A stretch of 64,000 nucleotides of DNA from Phyllobates terribilis (taxonomy: Eukaryota): NCBI RefSeq assembly GCF_046119375.1, contig NW_027362768.1, positions 157,914,001 to 157,978,000 of the forward strand, given 5' to 3'. Each line of letters starts with the position of its first letter. Position 1 is the first letter of the stretch. Shown piece after piece: positions 1 to 12,003 of this stretch. The notes beneath the pieces are model-generated. The model was not told the origin of the DNA. It saw only the letters and a program-made list of their open reading frames with translations, and made no database searches. The translations under genes were made by a program, and so were the position numbers.

Positions 1-584
1 CCCCGACAAGAGCCTGCAGCAGGGCTGGGGTCCCTGAATTCAGCTGCAGTGTGCTGGCTACTGGGAGCTGCAGAGTGCTGCCTGTACAGGCCCTACCTGA
101 GGCGTCTAAACCTAATGCCCCCAGAGGGGGATTAGGGAGGGTGCTGCTGTCACCATCAGGGGGCTTTATCCTCGCCTCGCCTTGACCTCAACCCAGAAAC
201 CAAAAGGAATTGGGGAAGGAGGGGGGTCTCGACTTCGAACCAGCACCCGAGGGGATGGGGAAGGAGCGACATGGGGAATAGCCATCTCGACTTCAACTGT
301 GCACCCCGTAATAGGGGGCAGAGGAAGGAGCCATGCCGGGAGTCTTGCAGGAGACCCATTTTTCTTCATCTGTAATCCTGTCTGGAGAAAACGAAGTAAA
401 AGTTTTAGGTGTGCCTCCTATGCGACACTAAGCAAAAACTGGAGAAGGCTGACGCCGTCCAGGGGTGTATACCGCAGAGGAGGAGCCACGGTTAATCTTT
501 TTCAGATTATGCATAGTGTCGCCTCCTAGTGGACAGCAGCATAACACCCATGGTCCTGTGTCCCCCAATGAGGCGACAGAGTAA
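1..584 (-). mobile_element. 5' end (ITR) of a DIRS1-like element; same insertion as 47979-60094, continuing beyond the left edge
   Basis: 1-584 is near-identical to 59511-60094, including the ITR (435-569) and the junction gacagagtaa|tgctat. Confidence 0.93.
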
Positions 585-873
585 TGCTATTTTTTTTTGC
601 ATCCAGCATAAGTGATAGCGACCAGACATGATGGAGAAAGGGCTGGAGCCGCTCTAATATGACAATAATCCTGGCCGGGGATTATCCGCAGATCCTTCTT
701 CTGGTCATTTCTGGATCGGCTTTTCTTCTTTCTTCATAATCTAATACAAGCACCAAAATGACAGCTGTAGCATCAGATATTGTTATTTAGAGAAGCATTG
801 GTACAAGCATGGGCTCTAAATGCACCCGCTAGGCCAACTGCAAACCTATCACTATGCAAAAGCCATAACTTAA

Positions 874-1087
874 GGCCACGGCCCCACTATCAGTTTTCGG
901 TCAGTATTCGGTCAGTATTTTTTCTCAGGAGTGGGAGTTAAAACCAGGAGAGGAACAATCAGAGAAAAGGTATAATAGAAACAAGTCACCAATTCTGCAT
1001 TTATTACCCACTCCTGGTTTTGGCTCCGACTCCTGAGAAAAAATACTGACCGAATACTGACCAAATACTGATAGAGGGGCCGTGGCC
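874..1087. mobile_element. MITE with long TIRs and TAA target duplication (PIF/Harbinger-type)
   Basis: taa|ggccacggcccc...ggggccgtggcc|taa; the arms (~70 bp, tcagtatt motifs) are reverse complements. Confidence 0.8.
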
Positions 1088-1777
1088 TAAGAGGAGTTTT
1101 CTGCTATCAGTAAACCTCTGGATGCAATTTGTTTTAAAATATCAAACTGATCTTTTCTCACCCTCCCCGGGTCCAGCGCTGATATCATCTAGCCACCACT
1201 GCAGGTAATCACCCTCTGAGAGGCTTATGCCATCAACTCAGGAAGAGCCGCTGAGCTCAGTGATTGGCTGCAGCGCTGGTAATATGCAAAGATTCAGTGC
1301 TGGACCTGGTGAGCTGGAAAAAAAACTTTAAAATTGTTCTTGTTTCTGCCCATTTATCCCGCTGTGCTTGGCATACGACTGATGATTTCTCATACAATCT
1401 TCTCTGGCTTACTGCTGTTTTGTTAAACAGTCTGTGTCGCACAGGGAGGCAGTGTATTGTATAGCACTTACAGAATAACCTGTAGTCACACTGAAATGGC
1501 GGTGGCCGGGACAGGAAGGCGAGCGTCTGCCAGCGAGAAGCAGAGAAATACTAAGGGATCAGGAAGGAGTTACTGTAGCCATAAAGGTGCCCAGGTATCT
1601 GCAGAGCAGCTGACAGCCATTTCTTCGAGAACCCATACACCTGTGCTTCGGGGGGGAGTCGGGGGTCTCCATACAGGTTCGGATGACTTTCTCTAATGAA
1701 TATGGAGGCCCATGGGCCCATAATGTGACCAAATAGCTGTTAGTTAAGTTGGATCTTGTATCCTGATGGATCTGCAC

Positions 1778-4700
1778 CTTGAGTAGTGGCCTCCAGATTA
1801 GATCGAGGTGTTTGAAGGTATCCGGCACCCCGAGAGGAGCCGAGTGCTGGTTCTCTTCTTGTTTTCTGCTTGTCGGCGTCTGTAGATGAGTCTTGTGTGA
1901 GCGAATGTCCCAGAACATCACAGAACTGTAGAGGAGAAATGAGATTGTGTCAAAGGAAATCCAACCAACTATTCATATGAGACAAGAAATCAATAGCAAT
2001 CTCCAGAATATGTGCGTCATGATGATTTGTCGCTAAGATTCTGCAATCTGCCCGGGAAATAACATCCGACAGAACGTGAGTGAATGAACGCTGGAGTGGA
2101 CTTGGCGTTTTATGTCTGTGGTGTCTGAGCTCCTACTTATGCAGAAGCTGGTGGTCACCTCTGCGTGCTGAGAGATTATTGGGGGTCTCAGGACATTTAA
2201 AAAAAAAAAAAAATGTAGGTAGACTTTAGGATGACCATATACATGAGATGAATCTTGGCCAAACCAATGTGTCTTTGAAAACTTTGGATCACAGCATGAT
2301 GTCTAGCTTTTGAGGATCTTTTGGTCTACTTCACTTTGTCAGGCAGGTCCTCGTTAAGTGATTTCTTGATTGAGAACAGGTGTGGCAGTGATCAGGCCTG
2401 TGTGTGGCTAGGGAAATTGAACTCAGCTTCCCAAAGATGTGATATACCACAATTAATTTATGTTTTAAGGGGGGGGGGCAATCACTTTTTCACACAGGAC
2501 CCTGTAGGTTTGGATTTATTTTTCCCTTAATAATAATGACCTTCATTCAAAAACTGCATTTTGTGTTTACTTGTGTTATCTTTGTCTAATATTTAAATTT
2601 GTTTTGTGATCTGAAACATTTAAGTGTGAGAAACATGCAAAATAATAAGAAATCAGGAAGGGGGCAAACACTTTTCACACCAATGTATATTATGCTTCCT
2701 ACAATCAGACGTCTCACTATAAGGCCAAATTCAGACGTCCATATATCATGTTCCAAGTAAGGACCACGATGCACGGAGCGCCTGCAGGGGTGGACTTTTA
2801 ATAAAGAATTTTATTCGGGCTGTTTGTTTATTTACAATATTGACTATGGGGTTAGTATTGGGGGCGTCTTATAGACACCCTCCATTACTAACCTGGACTT
2901 CATGTCAGCTGCCAATACAAGGCTGACATGAACCCCGACACTATTACCCCACTGCCACTGCACCAGGGCAAGTGGGAAGAGCGGAGGCTAAGCGCCAGAG
3001 TTGGCGCATCTTATTGATGCGCTATTCCTGGGGCCACTGAGGGCTGATCTCATTAGCCTCGGAAGGGGCCAGTATCCATGGCCCCTTACCTGGCTAGTAA
3101 CATCAGCCCCCCACGGTCAGCTTTCCCTCTGCTGGTTATGAAACTGATGCGGGAGCCCACACCATTATTTTTAATTTTATTCTTCATTTTACACTGGATG
3201 CTGAATACAACTCCCATCATTGTCTCTGAGATCAGCGCGAGCAGGGGACAATGATGAGAGCTGCCTCCAGCAGTCGGTGCAGGGGATCAGCGTGAACTGT
3301 ACTGCTGATTCCCAGACGCCGGTACGTGTCACGCTGATAACACACGTATGTCATCTGTGTGTCATCTGTGTGCACGTGTGCAGCATGCATTTTGTGAGTG
3401 CTGCACCAAAAAACCTGTCATGTCTGCGGGTTTCTCACATGGACACACAGCCCATGTGACAAACCTGATATCTGCGCACACCCACTGAATACAATGGTTG
3501 TGGGTATGTCCGTATTTGGGCCCTTTAAAAACGGACAGCATACGGACATACAAAACAGACCTGTGAATAGGGCCTTACAACGTGTAAAAGTAACCGCGTC
3601 GTCTGGAAATCATCAGGACAGGATTTTAGCCTTTGAGTTGGATTCCAGAAAAGTCTCAGTAAATCACAGGTTATGCGGCTTTTGCAGAAACTCATTGTTT
3701 TCCAATATGGAAAAAAGTTGTGAGAGTTTTTGCAACTTTCCGAAACTTCTGAATAGAGAATATGCCAAATTGTCCAGCCATGAAGCCCGCTCTCCTGTAT
3801 CAGCAGGCAGATTGTTGTTGGGGCGTATAGTAATTGGATGATGATTACTGTTATGGCAGCAAGATTTATCGTCACCCGGATTTCCAGAAATGATGGGTGT
3901 TATTGTTACATCATAAGAGAAAAGAACAACTCAATGACTTTTACTACAAGGAAGATCCAGAGCATCGTCTAATGGAAACCCGGAAAAGAAAAGTCACTCC
4001 ACATACCAGTCAGGAGAACACGTGGCGAGCTGGACGCAGTAACCGCTTTTATTCTCATAAGGATATCCAGTCCGAGTTATCTGAAAAGTAAAAATCACAT
4101 AAACAAATATGGATTTATTATAAAATATTGTTTGTATGAACGTGGGGTTACATGGCGTTAAATCTTGTAAAGGCCTAAAACCTGGAATGGATGGAGACAA
4201 TTTTCTAAATACATTACTCATACTGATCCTGAGTTACATCCTGTATTATACTCCAGAGCTGCACTCACTATTCTGCTGGTGCAGTCACTGTGTACATACA
4301 TTACATTACTGATCCTGTACTGATCCTGAGTTACATCCTGTATTATACTCCAGAGCTGCACTCACTATTCTGCTGATGCAGTCACTGTGTACATACATTA
4401 CATTACTTATCCTGTACTGATCCTGAGTTACATCCTGTATTATACTCCAGAGCTGCACTCACTATTCTGCTGGTGCAGTCACTGTGTACATACATTACAT
4501 TAGTGATCTTGAGTTACATCCTGTATTATACTCCAGAGCTGCACTCACTATTCTTCTGGTGCAGTCACTGTGTACATACATTACATTACTGATCCTGTAC
4601 TGATCCTGAGTTACATCCTGTATTATACTCCAGAGCTGCATTCAATATTCTGCTGGTGCAGTCATTGTATCTATATAAAATGCATCCGTAATTTACATGT

Positions 4701-7297
4701 CGCATTTTGTAGATTTTTGAAGATAAATGAATCTATGAGATGTAAATAGTGACATAAAATTGTAGAACAGTGATCTGAGTCGCTCCTCCTGTTGGACTCG
4801 CTGAGTGTCTCTTCCTTATGACACATCATGGCGGCGGTACATCTGCCAATATTCTGCATAGGAATCTGACACATCACAAGTCCTCTCATGCCGGACTTTT
4901 CCTCCCGATGTTCTGGACTTCGTCAGAGGAGTTTTTGAAAGAAAAAAAAAACATAAATAAAATAATTGGTGGCCAAAACTCGCCTCAAAGTAGTCCGGGA
5001 GCCAGTGTAAGTCAGTGATCACCTCCCGGTGGCCGTGCTCTATAGAGGACACTGCGCAGTATCTCACCAGCGGAGAATCATGGGATTGCTTCACTTCCAG
5101 AGGTGTCTGTAGAAAGAAAAACAGCAATGTACCGGGCGGTAATAATATTACCAGTAATACACCAGGCGGTAATAACATTACCAGAAATACATCAGGCGGT
5201 AATAATATTACCAGGAATACACCAGGCGATAATAACATTACCAGTAATACACCAGGCGGTAATAATATTACCAGTAATACACCAGGCGGTAATATCAACA
5301 TCAATATTAATATTCCAACCTTGGATGGAAAACACAACGTCAAGATCCTTGAACATCCGATCTGCCTTTTGTTAAGCGTTATTTCACACTTTTGAGCTCC
5401 AGGGACCTTCTGCTCCAAAAACGCCTCAAAATAAATCAGTGTGATCGTACCCTAAAGACCCCCATACATTTTAGACTCACGGCAGCCGAACCCTCAGATA
5501 TCAGCAGGGTCGTCCGACATTATTTTAATGTGAATAGGAGCCTCCCGACTCTCCCCGACACATCATGTTCGGAGACAGAAGGGTCGAACATGTTCGATTG
5601 TTGCCTCTGAGATAAGCCACATCCTTAGGACTGACAGTGGCTCCTTCATGGAGGAGAGTTCAGATGACAGCTATCTATCGTGTACACTGGCCACATATGT
5701 GGCACCCCAGAGGGTCTGGTTGCCACAGTGGTAGTAATACCATGTCTGGGAGCAAAACAGGAGTTTCCTGGTTAGGGAACACACTACCTGCAACACCTCC
5801 TGCTGCAGACCAGAAAAGGGGAGGATCCTGCCCTTTATTACTGGATCTGGAGGCGGGGTTAGCCAGTCTAGTGACAGGAGTCAAGCAGGACACACTAAGG
5901 AGCAAGGAACTGAGGACTGGAGCTGGCAGAGTTCATCCTAGCCGGAGTATATACAGAGTTGTGGACACCGGAGTCCGAGGCTGTGGGACCCTTCAGGCTC
6001 AGCAGCAGATACCGCAGGGCAGGGGATTTCAGGTCTCCTGGCCCAACAGAAGCCCGGAGGCTCAGCCACAGGAAAGGACCAGTACCATCACAGAGGAGCG
6101 AGGAATACACGGGATCCGAGTCGCCAGCCATACGGGTGAGCACCGCACGTCACACTCAGGGACGTGGGCTACAACACGACTATAAGCGAGATAGCCAAAG
6201 AGTAGAGTCAGAACGGCAGGCCTACAACTCCACCTGGCCAAGGGAATTCCAGGACTGCTCCCAGACTGACCAGGCCCTCATCCATAGCAAGTACTCCCGT
6301 TGGGGTCTATATAATTACCACCAGTAAAGACCCTAGGACTGCACTGCAAAGACTCCGTGTTATTATTACTGATCCAGGCACTATCACCACCATCATCCAT
6401 ACACGCTGCCCTGAAGCTCCACTCTTCCTGTGGGGAGTTACATCACCTTGCTGCCCATACCATCAGCTTCAGTGGACTGCTCCGCAGCGGCGGTTCCCAA
6501 TAACCGCATCCCACAGGTGGCGTAGTCGGACTATATATAGCCTATACACATAGACTAGCCTGGTTTGACCGCCCTGGGTCACAGACCGGGTCGCCGCCAC
6601 GGTGACTACAACCCCCAGCATCTACAAGGTCCGGCTCCGGGTACCCCCCATGGCCCAGGGGGCGCATAACATACAGAAAAAGTCAGCCGATATAGTGGAA
6701 TTTAGAAGTTTGGCCGATCAATTATAAAAAACGATTATTCACGGTTGTCGACAGGTAACTTCCATTTGCCAAAAGTGTGATCTGTCAGTTTGGGTGCTTT
6801 TTAGGCCGTTGTTGGTGACATTAATGATGTGTATTATGGCACGAGCGTTAATAATAATAATTTTTATTTATATAGTGCCAACATATTCCGCAGCACTTTA
6901 CAATTAAATTAGAACGTTGATCATTTGCTGCTATGATACAAGTGATCAGTTTGTTTCGCCTCATGTACAGCAGACCCTTCCCTTTAATAATCCACCTTCT
7001 GTAATGTTCCCAGTACCTGACCGTTCATACATCCTGCAGCGATAATATTGGGGTCACTTGGGCAGAACTGGAAGCAATAAATGTCATCTGGGCATTCGAG
7101 CATCAGCTGGAGAGAATAAGAGAAAAAGTCACCATGAGACGGGATCGCAGCAGAATTCAGGAGCCCCAGGACCTGCGGATGGATGGGGTCATTCAGGCTC
7201 CAAATGAGAATCAGCGATGGCGTCAAGATGAGTTTAAAAGAAGCGTTGACTCGATCCTCCAGCGACAGCCGTTCTGTGAGCGAGACTGCGACCAAAC
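1778..7297 (-). CDS. DNAI3: DNAI3/WDR63 partial duplicate, copy III (5 exons in the window, continues past the left edge)
   Basis: Exons 7173-7297 (LVAVSLTERL...DPIHPQ), 7017-7106 (LMLECPDDIYCFQFCPSDPNIIAAGCMNGQ), 4984-5106 (TPLEV...CAVSSIEHGHREVITDLHWLPDYFE, GC donor), 4007-4080 (ITRTG...CSPD), 1778-1925 (SVMFWDIR...DLIWRPLLK). AG acceptors and GT/GC donors, phases compatible. Peptides match WDR63 as recalled. No upstream exon found. Confidence 0.9.
2330..2685. mobile_element. Tc1/mariner-like terminal fragment (IR/DR type)
   Basis: Ends ggggcaaacacttttcacaccaatg|ta (reverse complement resembles the Tc1 TIR CAGTGGTGTGAAAA); inner repeat ggcaatcactttttcacac near 2478. Left boundary approximate. 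Confidence 0.6.
2723..3574. mobile_element. Non-autonomous Harbinger-like DNA transposon
   Basis: Imperfect TIRs GGCCAAATTCAGACGTC / GACCTGTGAATAGGGCC flanked by TAA and TTA; non-coding interior. Confidence 0.6.
4221..4668. repeat. ~97-bp minisatellite (actgatcctgagttacatcctgtattatactccagagctgcactcac...), ~4.5-5 units
   Basis: Direct tandem repetition with length variants. Confidence 0.95.
5130..5300. repeat. 27/30-bp minisatellite (ccaggcggtaat[aat]attaccagtaataca), ~5.5 units
   Basis: Direct tandem repetition, starting ~22 nt from the acceptor of exon 4984-5106. Confidence 0.95.
5698..6668. mobile_element. Solo LTR (971 bp), gypsy-like
   Basis: Starts TGTGGCACCCC, ends GGGGGCGCATA (imperfect terminal IR, CA>TA); 5-bp TSD ACATA at 5693-5697 and 6669-6673; no internal coding region. 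Confidence 0.75.
6849..6905 (-). mobile_element. Short relic of an L2-like LINE 3' tail
   Basis: (taa)n-tttttatttatatagtgccaacatattccgcagcactttacaatt matches the 3' end of the LINE at 40328-40393. Confidence 0.75.
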
Positions 7298-7428
7298 CTG
7301 GTGAAGGAATAAGTAGTACAGAACGTATAATGTATAGTGGATTGCAAAGTGGGCAGACATGTCAGGAGCTGAGCTGCTCCATAGCCAGGCGGTGCCGGCT
7401 GTGTAATACGACCGACACCTGCTGCTAT

Positions 7429-7597
7429 GGGCGCAGTCACATAAGTCGGACCAAGATCGGAACACAATGCCCGGACTGGCTGGCGAGTCTCCCGACCCGA
7501 GCATGAAGCCGACACGCTTGGGTCGGGAGAGCCGCCGGCCAGTCCGAGCATTGTGTTCTGATCTTGGTCCGATTTATACGGCCGTCTGACTGCGCCC
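7429..7597. repeat. Palindromic MITE-like core
   Basis: Arms ggcgcagtca...gtctcccgacccgagc / gcttgggtcgggagagc...tgactgcgcc are imperfect reverse complements around a short spacer. Confidence 0.75.
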
Positions 7598-7714
7598 CAA
7601 TAGTAATGATGGGAACTTGCTGGCGCTGGTTGCGCCTGTGTGATAAGGAAATCATTAAATGTGATGTCGCAACACAACACTGTTTACTGCCATAACATTA
7701 CAGTCATGTACATA

Positions 7715-7717
<3 letters not shown>

Positions 7718-7745
<28 letters not shown>
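7718..7745. repeat. (TA)n microsatellite (shorter copy near 31181-31203)
   Basis: Direct observation. Confidence 0.95.
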
Positions 7746-7750
<5 letters not shown>

Positions 7751-7754
7751 ATAC

Positions 7755-8375
7755 AGACATGTGGTATCCTCGTGTTCAAAAAAGTCCGATCTATCAAAAT
7801 ATAAAAACAATTAACCTTATCGGTAAACACCGTAAACGGAAAAAATTCAAGAACACCAAAATTACATCTTTTTGGTTGCCACAATTCCACATAAAGGGAT
7901 GTAACAAGCGATCAAAAAGTCACATGTATTCAAAATGATGTTAATCAAAACGTTGTCTCACCCCGCAAAAAAATAAGCCTCCACACAGCTCTATAGGCTG
8001 AAAAATAAAATTGTTACGGGACTCAAAAAATGGCGACTAACCCCAAATTTTTTTGTTTACAAACTTCTGATTTTACATAACAAAAAATGGACATATTGGG
8101 TATAGTCGTAATCATATTGATGAGGAGACTCATATTGTAAGGTTGTTTTTACCAAAAAAAAGTCAGAATTGGGTTTTCCTTTCACAATTTCACCACACTT
8201 GGAATTTTTTTCCCATTATCCAGTACACTATGTGCTAAAATGAATGGTGACATTCAAGAGTATAACCCGTCCTGCAAAAAACTAGTCCTGATATGTCCAT
8301 GTGGACAGAAAAATAACAGTTATGGCTCTGGAAGAAGGGGAGAAAAAAACAGAAATTGGCCGCAGCGTGAAGGGG
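7755..8375. mobile_element. One end of a TTAA-targeting non-autonomous DNA element (piggyBac/Kolobok-like)
   Basis: Ends ...gtgaagggg|ttaa (8376-8379). The AT-rich interior resembles common anuran repeats as recalled. No matching left end found. Confidence 0.4.
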
Positions 8376-11300
8376 TTAATGTATAACTATCGTTTCAGGA
8401 GAACTTGCAGCTTAATGTCAGTATCGGCCTCTCGCTCCTCCCCCTCCAGAGAATTTTATGAGCACCAACTGCCATCTCCTATCTCAGTAATGTGAAATTG
8501 GGAGTGAAAGATCAGTACAGGAGAAGAAAGGAAATCTATTAAAAGTTTTTCTTTTTCACTTTTAATAAATAAAATAATGTTTTATATCAAAAAGAAAAAA
8601 AAAGTCTTTGTTCCTCATACTGAACAATCACAGCCCAGCTTCCACGTTTTGGGTTCCATAGTAAAGACTATTATGATGCCAGGTTGTGACACTTATGCCA
8701 TTTCTATGACTATTTTGGTCAATTCCTCACCACCTGGTTTACTAAAAATGCCATCCCTCTATAGAGGGGAGTCCTGTATCAAACACCATACAACACCAAC
8801 GGAGATGAGATCAACCAGTTGTACCTGTTTATAATGGCCCCATTGCAGCCCATGGGCCACATCCATGGTGGATATAAAAGGGCATCACATTGGCTGCATC
8901 TATTGTAATGGTTAAAGGTCATTATTCAGACATAGAACTAACGACAGCAGATATAGTCATCATTTTTTATTATTTTCATTATTGGACCATTTCCTTTTAA
9001 TGATAATTCAACTTGTCAAATGGCTGTTTTGAAAATAACTAAAAGTACGCAGATTGTTTACATTTAAAAATTAATACTTGATTCCTATTGGCTGCTGGAA
9101 GTCCCTCCCATTTAGAATGCCCGAGTAGAACGCTCATAATCGTTGCTGCGGAAACAAATCGTTGATGCAGTGACGGCGGTTGGAGAGACAGCATCTCGTT
9201 TTGCGATTCCCCAAATTTTGCAAAATGTTTCGCATTTTATTTGAATTGTGTTCGAACGTCTTGAGATTTTCAGAAGGGCAGTACGTCATCACATCAGGTC
9301 AGATCTTTAGCAGCTTATGTACATTAAATGTAATATATTGGGAGAAGAAAAGCCACCCAAAACAGATTTTGTGTGGCCAGATGCCCTTCATGAACGGAGG
9401 CGGTTAGTGGATGTTGGAATCTCCTATCCAAAATTTGCACCATCATCTCCTAAAAAGTGTACAAAAACTACCCATGTTAATATATAGAGATGACCAGGCC
9501 TTCAAAAATCATAGGCATTGACTTTGTATGATCATCTCCATGGTCATGTAGGTTTCTTCCAGGTTCTTCAAATTCTACAACACAAAAATATCTTGGCCCA
9601 ATATGTCCGTGGAGACAGACATGCGGTGCGTCTTCTCAGACCGCAGCATGTCAATTTCTCTAGTCTCCACATGCGAAATTTTATCAGTGCAATGTATAGG
9701 ATGCGGTGAATCCGCATGTGTTCAATGAACAAATGCAGATTCACCTGCGTGCAGCGCTTTGGACGCAGCATAAAGTATACTGTGTTCAAAGAGCCGCCAG
9801 AAAGGACCGTGTGCACATACCCTTAGTATCATCCAAAATAGAAGAAGAAAACCGTTCTAGATATTCTAGTCTCGGATGGGAAGTTTGGTGGGATGATAAT
9901 GGAGTTTAGACGTCACCCTGAGCAGGACCCCCTGTACCCCTCTAACCTTCCAAATAAGCACAGTCTGTCTTCCTTAGAGCAGAGGATCTTCCTTCTTGCT
10001 TGGGTTGGTCTTAAACAGTCTTTAACTCCCACCATGTCTTCAGTTAGCCTTGGGCTCATGCACTCGGATGGTCACTCACTAGAGGCTTCTATGGGGTGAT
10101 CAGAGACTAGATACATATTCAGTTACCTACTCAAATTTATATATATATTTATTTTTTTTAAGGCACATGCTTTTTTTTTAAATTACTAATATATATAAAT
10201 ATATTAGTAATTTAATTTAAAAACAAAATTGGTGCCTTAAAAAATCCCAAATTTTGGTGCTCGTAATTTGTGCAATAAAATTAGAAACTTTGGAAAAGTT
10301 TGGAAAGCGTGTGCGGTGTTAACAGGGAGGGATGATGGCCACAATCAGATCAATATAGATCAAATATTCATTATGGTAGAAACTGGCACAAATAATACAG
10401 TGATTTCAATTTCTGTATTTAGAAGAAAATGTGAAATTTATTAAAGAGCGTGCGTCTTCTAATAAATTTGTGCATTTTCCTCCGCTGCACTTTGGTTTAA
10501 AATTGATGGATGAAACACAAGTCACAACAAGTCTCCCCAAAATACTTTCAGATACGTGATACCTGGTCACTTATAAACACAGTTTACATGGGAGGTGGAC
10601 TGGATGTGAAACAGTATCAGTCTTGTCAATAGCGCCATTCTTGTCAATAGGCTGGGTCTGGTATTGCAGCTCGGCCCCATTCCAGCTGGAAAAAATACAG
10701 GAACTATTCAGGATTTTCTTGCCCTCCAAACAACCACCACTGTCTGACAGTTCTGCTCTAGAACTTCCTAAAGTTCAGGAGGTTCATCCCTCTTCATTAT
10801 GGACTGAATGCACATAGGGCTACCCCTCTCCATAGGCCCCACAATAAGAGGGGAAGGTAAAGGCCCATGGGGCATTCTCTGTGGCCCACTTCTCTCTTCC
10901 CATTGGATGTAGCCAACAAATACCTGGTGTGAGCAGAGTGACTTATTCCTGGTGTATGTTCCTCCATAGATAATAACTGCAATATTAATTTCCGACAGGT
11001 TTGAATATAGACCTATCAGCTCTACTACCACCGATAAGACGTAGAAGACCAAGAATTAACGACCGGCAAAGAAGGATTTTCATCCAAAGAGTCCAGAGGG
11101 CCGGATACCGCGAGCTGGCAATGGGAGGATAAATGGTATGACACTGCCTTATAGGCACGTGCCCACCGACCCACACACGTGTATGTACATCCAAGCACCC
11201 AAAACATATCACAGAAAACTCCGGACCCTCTTACTAAGGAAAAAAAATCAGTCACGTAGATGATTATGTGACACTGCCACGTGGGCCACATCGATGCAAT

Positions 11301-11997
11301 CTTTGCATGCCCGGCTCATATTGCATCTCCCTAATGCACATTGAGCCATGCCAGCATTGTCTGAGCTAGGCCGCTCTTAAAGGGGTTGGCCATATACATC
11401 ACTGTATGATCAATGGGGATCAGAGTGCAGGGGTCCTCACCGATCACGAGAATAGGAGTCTCATAGTCCCCTGACGCCACTGCTTCACTCACTGTCCATG
11501 GGAGTGGTGGTCACATACGTGCAGTACTGCTCCCATAGAAGTGAATGGAGTGTACCATACATGTCTGATGGATCAGAATTCCACCTAAACGAGACGATCA
11601 AGAAAATCGAGCAGCCTTGCTGCTAGTTTTTGACTGCTGGACCAGAGCCCTGCAAATTTCTTCCTACCTTCCGATATTCTCGACACCTCTTCTGCTTTGT
11701 GCCACAACATCATAGCGTTGCAAGGCATACTAATCAGAAGAGGCACCGAGGATGTGAGCAGATAGGAGGAGGTTCTCCGGGCTCGGATCCAGTGACCATG
11801 GCTACTAATGTGGTCACTGGACCAGAGTCCTAATCTTTTAGCTCAATTATCACTTTAATAAATTAATTGAGACAAAAAATGTCCCTACTTGGATGACGGG
11901 AGACTCCACCAGCACATTGGGTGATAGAGACCTGGGGAGAAAGCGAGAGGTTCACCTTAAATAGTGTCAGAACGCTCCTAATTCTTTTCAACACAAC

Positions 11998-12003
11998 TTT
12001 ATT
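11998..12003 (-). terminator. Candidate AATAAA polyadenylation signal of DNAI3 copy II
   Basis: First AATAAA on the - strand, ~270 nt downstream of the TGA at 12275-12277. Confidence 0.5.

Noticed and set aside
5637-6327. 182-aa and 122-aa ORFs (also 29100-29790)
   Set aside because: They lie inside a solo LTR bounded by a TSD and show no gag or pol motifs.
10998-11131. Arg-rich + strand stretch after an acceptor-like site (LNIDLSALLPPIRRRRPRINDRQRR...)
   Set aside because: Short, with no upstream partner exon or recognisable homology; I cannot support it as a gene.
11789-11820. 10-bp perfect hairpin ccagtgacca/tggtcactgg
   Set aside because: Too short for a pre-miRNA and expected by chance in 64 kb.
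7298-12000. Search for a convergent neighbouring gene (SYDE2 in mammals) or upstream DNAI3 exons (EYQSFTD...WHPT)
   Set aside because: No matching peptide with splice sites found in any frame I checked by eye.
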